From: Planctomycetota bacterium | GTDB lineage: Bacteria; Planctomycetota; SZUA-567; H5-PLA8 | Reading direction: 5' to 3' | Assembly: GCA_016200135.1 (NCBI GenBank) | Contig: JACQFI010000008.1 | Span: forward strand, 7,968-71,967 | DNA length: 64,000 nucleotides | In this document: positions 32,001 to 40,700 of the stretch, one piece after another | How the letters are laid out: each line of letters opens with the position of its first letter | Numbering within the stretch: position 1 is the first letter of the stretch | Notes under the pieces: model-generated | Databases searched by the model: none | What the model was told of the DNA's origin: nothing | The model's input: the letters and a program-made list of their open reading frames with translations, nothing else | Program-made: the position numbers and the translations under genes

Positions 32001-34170
32001 CGGCTTCCTCGCGCGCCAGGCGCTCGGCTTCTGCGCGCGCCAGGCGTTCGACGCGCTCGCGTTCCTTGCGGACCTGCTCGTCGGCGATCTCTTTCAGGCG
32101 CTGCTCGTGGGCGAGCCGTGCGGCCTCTTCCTGAGCCTTGCGCTCGGCGTCTTCCTTGGCGCGAAGCTCCGCGGCCTCGCGCTCGACGCGCGCGCGCGCC
32201 TCGCGCACCTGCCGCTCGGCCTCTTCTTCGGCCTTGCGCAACGCCTCCACGCGGGCCCGTTCGGCGGCCTCGACGCCGCGGGAGCGTTCTTCCTCTTCCC
32301 GGCGCTTGCGTTCTTTTTCCTCGCGCGCCGCCTGCTCCGCGCGTGCCTGGGCTTCGCGCTCCGCGTGCTCTTTGGCTGCTGCGGCGGCCTTCTCGCGCGC
32401 TTCCCGCTCGGCCTTCTCGCGTTCCTCACGCTGAAGGCGCTCGCGCGCCTCTTGTTCTTCGCGCGCCTTGCGTTCGGCCTCCGCGCGTTCTTTCCGAGCC
32501 GCGGCGTCGGCTTCGGCGCGCGCCTTGGTTTCGCGGTCGAGCTGCTCGCGCACGAGCTTGGCCTGGGCTTCCTGCTCGGCGCGCTGCTTGGCTTCGCGTT
32601 CTTTGCGTTCCTTCGCTTCGCGTTCGGCCAAGACCTGGGCCTCGCGGCGCTCGGCCTCGCGCCTGGCTTTCTCCTGGGCCTCGCGCTCGCGGCGTTCCTG
32701 CTTGGCTTCCTTCGGACTCTTCTCCGCGTGCGCCTTGGCGGCGCCCGCGACGGTCGCTTCGCCGAGCCGCACCGTCTCCGGCGCAGGCGGGATGATCCGG
32801 GTCTCGTGAGAGGTCTTTTCCGCGGCGGGCGCCTCTTCCGCGCCCGTGCCGATGCGATTGAAGAAGCCGCCGAAGACGCCGGTGGCCTTCTCGCGCAGCT
32901 TCTTGATCGGCGATTCCTGCGCCTTGCGGTCGGCGGACTCCTTGGCCGCCTTCAGGATCGGCGCGAGTTGCTGGTGCATATTTTTGGAGTTCTGCATGCG
33001 CGCGGCGTCTTCGAGGTACTTGCGCTCATGCTCGGCCTGCGCGATCTCGTCGAACGAACCGGGCGCCGGCGCTTCGGGTTTCGCCGCCGGTTCCGGCGCA
33101 GCGGGCCTGGCCGGTTCCTCTTTATGCGGGGCCGCGGACGGATCGTCCGTGAATTTGATCTTCACGCGCTCGCGCAGCCATTTCACCAGGTCGTCGAGGT
33201 TGCCCGCGACGTGGTCCTGGAACGTGGCCTGCGGCGCGATGTGGGCCTTATGGGTGTGGAAGGCGGGCGGTTTCGGGATCTCGGGGAAGGTCCCGCGGAC
33301 CTCGTTCATCGCGGAGCGCAGGTCGCGCAGGATATCGGACGCGTTCGAGTAGCGTTCGGACGGGTTGCGCGCGAGGCAGCGTTTGACCAGCTTGAGGGTG
33401 GGGGGCTTGAGGCCTTTGCGGAGCTCGCCCAGATCTTCGAGCTTGCCGGTGCGCGCGAGTTCGACGGCTTTATTGAGCGAGACATCGCCGTAAATGGAAC
33501 GGCCGGAGAGCATGCGGTACAGGCACGCTCCGATGCCGAAGATATCGGTCTGGCGCGAGAGCTTGGCGGAACCCTCGGTCTGTTCCGGCGCAAGGTAATC
33601 GACGAGGCCCAGCACCGTGACATCACGGAGGCGTTCGCGGGAAGCGGAGCTCTCGAGCGAGAGACTGAGCGGCGCGTCCACGAGCGCCAACGCCTGGCCT
33701 TCTTCGCGGCGCGAGAATTTGTTCAAGCCCACGGTCAGCAGCAGGAAGTTGGCCGCGTGCACGGCGCCCACGATGCTGGCGATCTGCCCCGCCGCCGCGA
33801 GGGCCTCGGCTTCCGGAGCCTGCCGGCCTTCCCAGTGTTCATCCAGGGTTGCGCTCTTGAAGGCCGAGACGGCGGCTACCAGACCCTGCGAGGTCGCCGA
33901 GACGCCGAGCAGTTTGGGAATGTGGGGATGCTGGGACCGTCCGTAAAGCACGAGTTCGTTAAGCAACCGCAGGCCGACGCTCGGCGAGAGCTGACCCAGC
34001 GCGAAGATGCGGACGGGTTCGCCGGTCTTGCGGTCTTTGCCTTTGAGGGAACCGGTCTCGAGATCGGCGAGCGCCGTGCCTTCAGGCAGGGCGAACTCAA
34101 AGCGCTCCAAGAGGGCGGACCAGTCGCCCTGAGCCGCCGCTATGCTGGTGGGTTGACCCGTGCCCGACAC
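29020..34170 (-). CDS. Giant (1716 aa) protein with an N-terminal degenerate Ser/Thr protein-kinase-like domain (predicted pseudokinase), then about 1,300 aa of E/R/K/A-rich coiled coil and a Pro/Ala/Gln-rich tail
   Basis: The kinase fold retains APE (YLAPEQ), DxWSxG-like (DIFGIGACLYRMLSG) and subdomain XI (NPSERY). VAIK is replaced by VRIFAL (no Lys), HRD by HAANF (no catalytic Asp), and DFG by DAP. The coiled coil is highly repetitive (REAE/KERK). Confidence 0.8.
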   Translation of the reverse strand: MSGTGQPTSIAAAQGDWSALLERFEFALPEGTALADLETGSLKGKDRKTGEPVRIFALGQLSPSVGLRLLNELVLYGRSQHPHIPKLLGVSATSQGLVAAVSAFKSATLDEHWEGRQAPEAEALAAAGQIASIVGAVHAANFLLLTVGLNKFSRREEGQALALVDAPLSLSLESSASRERLRDVTVLGLVDYLAPEQTEGSAKLSRQTDIFGIGACLYRMLSGRSIYGDVSLNKAVELARTGKLEDLGELRKGLKPPTLKLVKRCLARNPSERYSNASDILRDLRSAMNEVRGTFPEIPKPPAFHTHKAHIAPQATFQDHVAGNLDDLVKWLRERVKIKFTDDPSAAPHKEEPARPAAPEPAAKPEAPAPGSFDEIAQAEHERKYLEDAARMQNSKNMHQQLAPILKAAKESADRKAQESPIKKLREKATGVFGGFFNRIGTGAEEAPAAEKTSHETRIIPPAPETVRLGEATVAGAAKAHAEKSPKEAKQERREREAQEKARREAERREAQVLAEREAKERKEREAKQRAEQEAQAKLVREQLDRETKARAEADAAARKERAEAERKAREEQEARERLQREEREKAEREAREKAAAAAKEHAEREAQARAEQAAREEKERKRREEEERSRGVEAAERARVEALRKAEEEAERQVREARARVEREAAELRAKEDAERKAQEEAARLAHEQRLKEIADEQVRKERERVERLARAEAERLAREEAAKQAQLDEERKAKEEAARLVREEAERVARAEAERQAAEAAEAAAQAEKERRERAEAEQLERELAEARALAETRRSEFTTVLGKAVAEIQEKDRAAVHAFAQSLQIREQAELARIESESEAIRARQRQAEQEASELEQMFLDEAKQKRAAEIRAEIKARNLEWAAASEKREKDRLAAETQRLSALLKTELNELQKQAQERRKQAEQAAREREAREHAYRKQEAAVLEEHERKLREDRELKALFQAEQDEKDRLEQEALLKQAMEALDRDRNEREARARAERQKEEQALKERQRMSKEKREKTERDDKELSEREKALKESLEREKKEREAAEKKLREELANLQKDLDAKTSGLESALSAERSSKTQALKERNEQSEARSALEVKVAELTKRLSVESESKEAALKKRAEMADLRRELETKITELETKLESDRERFERMTVEAAEKERRDHERQEQREREERERRETESREQKQREEREHKEYDAREQKLREEREQKLREQQEFFELEKQEWETTEQKLREDLGSTRKDLEAKTAELTVRLTAEREAKEAALKDRGMLSEARANLDARVAELEKRLASETEASRAATKKIAELADSRRELETRHSVNQAQLQSEREAKEAVTLRRNELSEAKRALESRAADLDSQLSLERAAKETSLRRAAELSEGLNAAQARLADIESRYAIETEVKDKALKERDTLAIARRELESKNAELKSLLQGEKSAHTRTQQERDTLSSTNRDLQGKLASLSSSLSAEKEAKEIAIRDRAEGNARIAQLTTDLQKLQHEYNRYRETAEISMEAMASEFKRGMAALATDNASLIQQLKQASSQLEEIKKRYEKLGGSGDAQQNNIDQLTQQFAERMRTLLGEPSKQAQIAAKEQPPAPPQPPKQPPPSGGASATGSGQQRAVTHNVPAAAASNARLATVEKTVIAPPPQQRPAAASGQPNPAAKPAATTVAAKPQPPKPAVAPAQGAAKPGTGPGPHDGKDSMWSKWFEKKA

Positions 34171-34362
34171 GAATCGCTCCCAAAATGAGTATTCCGGGAA
34201 TAAACGTAACAGAGTTTAAAGAGAGTAACTCGCGTGTACAGGAGTTATCTATAATGCCGCAGGCAAATCAAATCTATACTATTGGTTTTGTAAAATTGGA
34301 GGGCCTGAAACGGGAAGGCATAATTTATCGGATAGGCTTTAATTGAAAGCGGAAGAGCGCGG

Positions 34363-35151
34363 TTACTTGCCCTTGGCCTCTTGAGCCATGCGTACGTCGT
34401 GGACCTGCTTCCAATCGTTGAACCACTTCTCCCACGCCTTGGGGTCGCCGCCCAAGTCGCGCCGCGCGATCTCTTTGAGCGCGATGACGGCGTAGGTGGC
34501 GAGCGAGGTGGAGACCGAGCGCAGCTCGATGTCCGGCAGCTCAATGGGCAAGTTTATGGGCACGGCCGGGTTGGAGATGGTGGCGAAGCGCACGGGCACG
34601 TTCTCCGTCGCGGTGCCGGTGCGTATATCGTAACTGACCATGGTGACAATCGCCCCAATCAAGCCGGGGTCGTCCACATGGCGGATTGCCTGCGCGGCGT
34701 GCTTGCGGCGCGTCTCGTCGATCTTGGGATGCACCGCGGCCCCGGCGAGAAACTTCTTGGCGTCATCGTCCTCGAGATTCTTGATCGCCAAAGACGCGGC
34801 CTTGCGGACGTCTTCGTCCTTGTCGTCGAGGGCGCTCTTGAAGAGTTGCGCGCTGACTTCCTTCGGTATCGGATAGAAGTGCGTCTCCTGAAGTTTCTTC
34901 AAGGCGTTCTCGCGATCCTTGGAATCCTTGGCTTCTTTCACGGCCTTAAGGGTTTCGGGCAGGTCCTTCGGAGGCGCCACGGGTGTCTTGGCTGCGGGAG
35001 CAGCGGCCTGCGCAGCCGTATTGACGGCCTGGGTCTGTGCCTTAGCTGGGGCCTCTTTGCCCTGAATGACCACAGCGCCATCGTCGGCGCCGAATGCCAG
35101 CGAAGCCGAAGCGACCAGAAGTCCACAGGCTACGCCATAGATCCGCTTCAC
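34363..35151 (-). CDS. Secreted protein with HEAT/PBS-lyase-like repeats
   Basis: Signal peptide MKRIYGVACGLLVASASLAFG, then a helical repeat region. Confidence 0.5.
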   Translation of the reverse strand: MKRIYGVACGLLVASASLAFGADDGAVVIQGKEAPAKAQTQAVNTAAQAAAPAAKTPVAPPKDLPETLKAVKEAKDSKDRENALKKLQETHFYPIPKEVSAQLFKSALDDKDEDVRKAASLAIKNLEDDDAKKFLAGAAVHPKIDETRRKHAAQAIRHVDDPGLIGAIVTMVSYDIRTGTATENVPVRFATISNPAVPINLPIELPDIELRSVSTSLATYAVIALKEIARRDLGGDPKAWEKWFNDWKQVHDVRMAQEAKGK

Positions 35152-35286
35152 GCGCTAACTCCCTTCAGAATCCAAAGCCCCCGTTCACAGCTTGCATACC
35201 ATAGAGGGAATGAAGGAGACCGTTCTTAGCCGAAAACCAGTACGGGGCATTTTCACGCAATAATGGTGCACAACCCCCGAATGAGC

Positions 35287-35315
35287 TTGACAGAATAAGG
35301 TGCGTAAAATATAAA
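35287..35315 (+). promoter_or_regulatory. Sigma70-like promoter TTGACA-N17-TATAAA
   Basis: Exact -35 and near-consensus -10 boxes with a 17-nt spacer, in a low-GC divergent intergenic region about 170 nt upstream of the 35487 gene. Confidence 0.5.
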
Positions 35316-35486
35316 TCCAATACGAAAGTCAGAAAGATAGGTCTAATTGTAACTTTGGGGTGCCAAAGACCTTGCATTTGAATCTAAACTCCTATTTCAT
35401 GCTCAATTCGGGCCCTAAACAGCCCTTTATTTTGCCTGTTCTGTCCAAGCCATGGAATCTTCCTGCCATGTCGAACGCGAAGCCGA

Positions 35487-36239
35487 TTGAGCGGGCGGAA
35501 TAATCCCATGGCCGATGCGCTGAAAAACAAGGTTAAGTCCCTGGCGCAGACGCTGGAACGCCGCTTCGGCCGCTATCGTCCGCCCACCTTTCTGCCGCCG
35601 CCTTCATCCGCGGACGCGGCTGCGGCGCTGTCGGTGGCCTCCAAGAACTGCGAACTGATCATGGGCGCGGTGCTGGGCTTGCACGGGCCGCCCCAGACCG
35701 GTTTCGACGCTGCGCGCAAACTGATGACCTGCTACGTGGACTGGAACGAGGTCCGCGTCTCGAACCCCGCGCTTCTGGTCAGGATGTTGGGCCGGGACAA
35801 CCAGGGCCAGGAACGGATCGCCCTGCTGCAGCGGTTCCTCGAGGCCTTCTTCCTGCGCCAGCGCAATCTGAGCCTAGACTGCCTGGTCCCGATGCGTCCG
35901 GCCGAACGCCGGCAGTTCCTTCAGGACCTGGAAGTCTTCAGCCGCGAGGAACTCGCCGCGCTGCTGCTTACCTGCTTCGGCATGGAGATGTTCCCGCCTT
36001 CGGACGCCCTGCATCGAGTGGCGCAGCGTTGCGCGCTGATCCGCTCCAAGACGACCGTTCTGCAGATGGCCAAGGAGTTTGAGGATAAGCTCGAGGTGGA
36101 CCAGATGCTGGATATCTACTCGGGTCTGTATGGGATCGCGACGCAGTTCTGTTTCGTTGAGCAGCCCAAATGTCCCGCGTGTATTCTCAAGGCGCGCTGT
36201 CCCGCGGCCAAAGGGTTCGCGAAGGCGGCCAAGAAGTAA
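35487..36239 (+). CDS. HhH-GPD superfamily (endonuclease III-like) protein with C-terminal [4Fe-4S] cluster motif
   Basis: C-terminal CFVEQPKCPACILKARC gives C-X6-C-X2-C-X5-C. An Asp-x-His-x-x-Arg-Val segment (DALHRVAQR) resembles the GPD motif. Confidence 0.5.
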   Translation: MSGRNNPMADALKNKVKSLAQTLERRFGRYRPPTFLPPPSSADAAAALSVASKNCELIMGAVLGLHGPPQTGFDAARKLMTCYVDWNEVRVSNPALLVRMLGRDNQGQERIALLQRFLEAFFLRQRNLSLDCLVPMRPAERRQFLQDLEVFSREELAALLLTCFGMEMFPPSDALHRVAQRCALIRSKTTVLQMAKEFEDKLEVDQMLDIYSGLYGIATQFCFVEQPKCPACILKARCPAAKGFAKAAKK

Positions 36240-36301
36240 CCCGGACCGGGTATCCACCTTCCTTGGTTGCCCAGCCCGGCCAGCGGAGCTATACCTAACC
36301 C

Positions 36302-36934
36302 ATGGGCTGGCTCCAGAAATTCCTCAAGAAGGATTCCCCAGCAGCCCCGGAGCCCGGGTCTAAGGCCGCGATCTGTTCCGTCTGCGGCCTGAGCCAGGTG
36401 CGCGTTAAAAGCCTGATCGCCTGTCCCGGCGGACAGTACCTCTGCATCGGTTGCGTGGATAAGCTGGCGGGCACCTTCGGTGCGGGCGCCGGCGCGGGTT
36501 TTTCGAGCGCCATCGAGGGCCCCTGTTCGTTCTGCGGGCGCAAGGGCCACGCGCGCCCGCCGGCCATGCGCACCCGGACCGGCCTGCTGTGCAAGGAATG
36601 CGTGCGCCTGGTCTCGCAGCTCTCGTACGAACGCAAAGCGTTAAAGCCCGAAGAGTTTGCGCGCAGGCGCAAGCTCTGGAAACAGGGCATCTGCTATTTC
36701 TGCGGCAAGGATAAGGCGTCGATTCGCGGCGAAGGCCAGGCGATGCTCTGCTATGCCTGCTACGACGCCATGGCCCGGGTGGGAAAGAGCAAATCCATCG
36801 ACGAAGATGTCCGCTGCGACATCTGCATGAAAAACCTGAAAGGGGAGGAAGGACAGCAGGGGATTGAAGGCGGGTACATCTGTAAGACGTGCCTGGAAAA
36901 GCACGGCTCCGTGGCGCCGCCGGCGGCCGGGTGA
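36302..36934 (+). CDS. Protein made of four ClpX-type C4 zinc-finger repeats
   Basis: Four CxxCG...(L/Y)(I/L)C-xx-C units, for example CSVCGLSQVRVKSLIACPGGQYLCIGCVDKL and CSFCGRKG...LLCKECVRLV. Confidence 0.6.
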   Translation: MGWLQKFLKKDSPAAPEPGSKAAICSVCGLSQVRVKSLIACPGGQYLCIGCVDKLAGTFGAGAGAGFSSAIEGPCSFCGRKGHARPPAMRTRTGLLCKECVRLVSQLSYERKALKPEEFARRRKLWKQGICYFCGKDKASIRGEGQAMLCYACYDAMARVGKSKSIDEDVRCDICMKNLKGEEGQQGIEGGYICKTCLEKHGSVAPPAAG

Positions 36935-37010
36935 ACGGGCGCGCGTTGAGCCTTGACAACCCGCCTTTGGGTGCAGACATTTTGTGGAAGCCCGGTACGA
37001 TGGAGGTTGC

Positions 37011-37232
37011 ATGATCGACGCGGAACTGCTTAAGATCATGGCTTGCCCGTGGTGCATTACGCGCCCCGAGGCGCCGCCTCCCAACATTGAAAAAGGCGCG
37101 CTGGAACTCGTGGGTCCCGCCGAGCAGCCGAACGCATTGCGTTGCAGACAGTGCGGCCGCCTTTATAAGATTGAAGACGGCATTCCCAACATGCTGGTGG
37201 AAGATGCGGTGCTTCCCGGATCGCCTTCCTAA
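37011..37232 (+). CDS. Trm112/YcaR (DUF343)-like small zinc-ribbon protein
   Basis: LKIMACPWC...LRCRQCGRLYKIEDGIPNMLVEDA, which matches the family pattern. Confidence 0.6.
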   Translation: MIDAELLKIMACPWCITRPEAPPPNIEKGALELVGPAEQPNALRCRQCGRLYKIEDGIPNMLVEDAVLPGSPS

Positions 37233-37265
37233 CCGGACGGCGGACGGGCGCGATACGAGGGCCGG

Positions 37266-37556
37266 ATGGCCAACGACTACGGATCCCAGGCGCAGACCGC
37301 AGCCGCCACCGGCGAAGGCAACGTCCGGCCGGCCGCGGAAAGCCTGCTCCAGAAGGGCCTGGATCACTACGACCGGCAGGAGCTCGATGCCGCGCTGGCC
37401 TGCTACCAGCAGGCCGTCTCCTCCGATCCCACCTTCGCCCTCGGCTACAATAATCTGGGCACGACCTGGATGCCGCCGCCTCGTACACGATCTTCCTGCA
37501 GCTTGAACCGGAGGTCGAAGAAGGGCCGCGCATCCGGCAATGGGTCGAACAGGTAA
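37266..37556 (+). pseudogene. N-terminal TPR-containing segment that runs out of frame into the 37745-41155 ORF (apparent frameshift near 37464-37470)
   Basis: Frame 0 reads ...ALACYQQAVSSDPTFALGYNNLGTT and then nonsense. Frame +2 continues from 37466 as LDAAASYTIFLQLEPEVEEGPRIRQWVEQV, a valid TPR continuation, through to 41155. Confidence 0.5.
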
Positions 37557-37744
37557 AGCAGGAGCTGGGGCTGAGCGAGATTCCGCCGCTGAATCTGTTC
37601 GGCGAACAGGCACCCGCCGCGGAGGCGCCTCCGGCCGCCGAAGCGCCGCCCGCCGCCGAGCCGCCGCCCGAACCCGAACCCGAACCCGCTCCGCCTCCTG
37701 CGCAGGAAGCGCCCAAGGCCGGGGAACTCCCCAAGATCAAGAAG

Positions 37745-40700
37745 ATGGCGGCGTGGGAGGCCGTCGCGGCGCCGCAACAGACGGCGGCGCCGCTCAACGC
37801 GATGGGCCAATACGCCGATGGCGCGCCCGCCGCCGCCTCGCCCACGCCCTCCAAGGCGGCCGTGCCCGCAGCGGGCCAGGACCCGCTTGCGCTGGTGGAA
37901 AAAGGGATGGACCTCTTCGCCGAGGACCGCTTGGATGAAGCGACCGCGGCGTTTGAAGAAGCCCTAAGACTCGACCCCGATCTGGCCGAAGCCCGGGCCG
38001 GAGTGGGCAAAGTCCTGGTCCGGCAGGAGCGCCTGGACGAAGGCACGCAGGTGCTGACCGAGGCCATCGGGATGGATCCCGCGGATCCGGCGCCGTACTA
38101 CGTGCTCGGCTTCGCGCTGCGAGCCTTGGGCAAGAATGTAGAGGCGGCGGACGCCTACGAGAAGTTCCTGGAACTGCATCCGCAGGCGGAAGACGGGGCC
38201 AAGATCCAGCAGTGGTGCCAGCACGTGCGCCACGAGAGCGTGCAGATGAAGCGGGCCTCCCAGGCCGCGGGAACCGAGTCCGCCCAGGCGGCGGGTTCCG
38301 GCGCGCCTCCGGTCTCCGGCAGCGCGAAGGCCTCCGGCGGCACTCAAGCCGTGGACGTCTCGGCTTCACCGGAAGACGAGGCGCTGCTGCGCGAGCAGGA
38401 ACAGAACCTCTCCGAGTCCGACAAGAAGTACCAGAAGGCGCTGACGCTGTTCCAGGAAGGCGACCTGGACAACGCGATGCGCACCAGCGTGAAGATCCTC
38501 AATGAGGATCCCGCGCATTTCCGCAGCCGCGTGCTCCTCGGCCGCATCTACTTCCGGCAGAAGCAGTACCCGCCTGCGATCGAACAGCTCGAAGGCGCCC
38601 TCGTCACCGCGCCGGACTATCCGGAGGCCCTCTATTTCCTCGGCCAGACCTACGAGAAGAGCGGGAATCACGAGAAAGCCCGCTCCACGTATCAGCGCTG
38701 TCTGGAAGTCGCGCCGCAAGGGCCGCGCGCGGAACGGCTGCGCGAGTGGCTCAATTCGCAGACCATGGCCTTTGCCAAGGGCAAGGCCGAACAGGTCCAG
38801 TGCGACCTCTGCCTGCGCTTCTTCCCGTCCGAAGAACTCAAACTCCACGACGGAAAAAATACCTGCAAGACGTGCCTTTCGCTGATCGGCGGCGCGTCCT
38901 TGCCGGCTACGGACCCGCTGGTGGCCACCCCTGAAGGAAAGAAAGCCGATGCCGTGGAACCGGCATCGGTGGAAGAGATCGAGGGCGCGACGCGGCGCTC
39001 GCGCGGCGGGGTCATGGTGCTGGTGCTGCTGCTGCTCTTCGGCGCCGCCCTGTTCGCAGTCTGGAAGTACACCAAATTGCCGGAATGGGCGGGCATCCGA
39101 ATGGTCCCGCCGCCGCCGCCACCGCCGCCTCCTCCGCCTCCTCCGGTGGTGGGACCCGAGAGCGGTTCGTTCGACGGCTCGAAGGTGGCGCTGACCGAGG
39201 AACCGGTCGCCGTAGTCCTGCCGTTCGCGCTATGGGTCTACCATCCGAAGTTGACCGGACTCGAAGGCGCGCCGGCGGGAACGAAGACCGTCTTCGCGCT
39301 AAAGAAGGGCCCGGAAGGCATGAGCGTGGACCCGAACTCGGGCGCGGTCTCCTGGCTCCCGAGGCCGCGCAAAGTGGACGACCTTTTCTCCGGCGTGGCG
39401 GTTCCGGTGGAACTCGAGGCCAAGGGCAAGTGGAAGGGCGAAGGCCAGGAAGAGAAGGAACTCTTTACGGTCGGCAAGACGTTTACGCTGAGCTACCAGT
39501 TCGGCTTTGTGATTGGAAATGAATTGGAACTGGGCCTGGAAGAGGGCGACCGCCTGGCGTGCGTCGCGGGCGATTTTAACGGCGATAAGCGGGACGATCT
39601 CGTGGTCGGCGCGGGGCATCTCGGCACGGGCGATCTGCGCTACTACTTCCAGACGGAGGACAACCCCCTGCCGTCGCCCATGCTCATCGACAAAGCCGGG
39701 CCTGCGCGCCTGGGCCGGATCTCCGCCATGCATGCCGTGGATGTGGACGGCGATGGCTTCGACGACCTCGTGGCCGCGAGCTATTTCACCGGCCGCGTGC
39801 ATGTCTTCCTCCAGAACAAACAGCACCTCCCCGCGCCAAGCGGGACGATGCTGGCGGGCCAGGGCCCGGTGGCCGTGGCGGCCGCGGATCTGGGCGGCGA
39901 CAAGAAGATTGAAGTGGGCGTGCTCTTGAGCCTGGGCCAGAAGTTCGCGGTCGCAACCACGCAGGGCGGCGAACAGTTCTCGGAGACCAAGACGGTCGAC
40001 GTGCCGCTGGTCGGCCCGCGCGGGTGGGTGGCGCCGTGGCGCAGCGAGAGCCGCGGCCCGGGCTTCGTCGCGATCCTGCCGCTGGCGCCGAAACCCGTGG
40101 CGTTCATTCCCGTCAAAGCGGGCGAGCCCGGTGCGCCGTTGCTCTCGGCCGCGGCGCCCGGGAAACTGATCGGCGGAGCGGTCTGGGTGCGCGTCGGGGC
40201 CGCGGCTCCGGGAAAAGCGCCGCCCCGCAGGCTGGTGGTTCTGGCAAGCGACAAGGAAAGCGAACTGGTCGTCCTGCAGGAGCAGGACGGCCGCTTCGAG
40301 CCGTCGCCCACGGAGCCGCCGCTGCCGGTTCCCGGCCTGGCCGTGTCCATGATCAAGGGCGATTGGAACCAGGACGGCCTGGACGATCTCGCGTTGATCT
40401 TGCGGGACAGCGTGAAGCTCTACTTCCGGACGCCGGAGGGCTACGTGGAGGGCCTGACGTACGGGAATCTGGGGAATCTGGAAGGAACGGGCTGCGTCGC
40501 GGATTTGAACTCCGACGGCCGGCCCGACCTGCTGGTGATTACCGAGAATTACAAGGCGAAGATCCTCACTTCGCGCGTGACCACGGCCACCGCCGCGCCT
40601 GCGCCTGCGGCGGGGAAGGAAGAGGGCGCCGGCGAGTTCAAGTTTGGCGAGTGGCCGCCGTTGGACGAGTTGAAGGGCATCAATTTGGGCGAGCGGGTGA

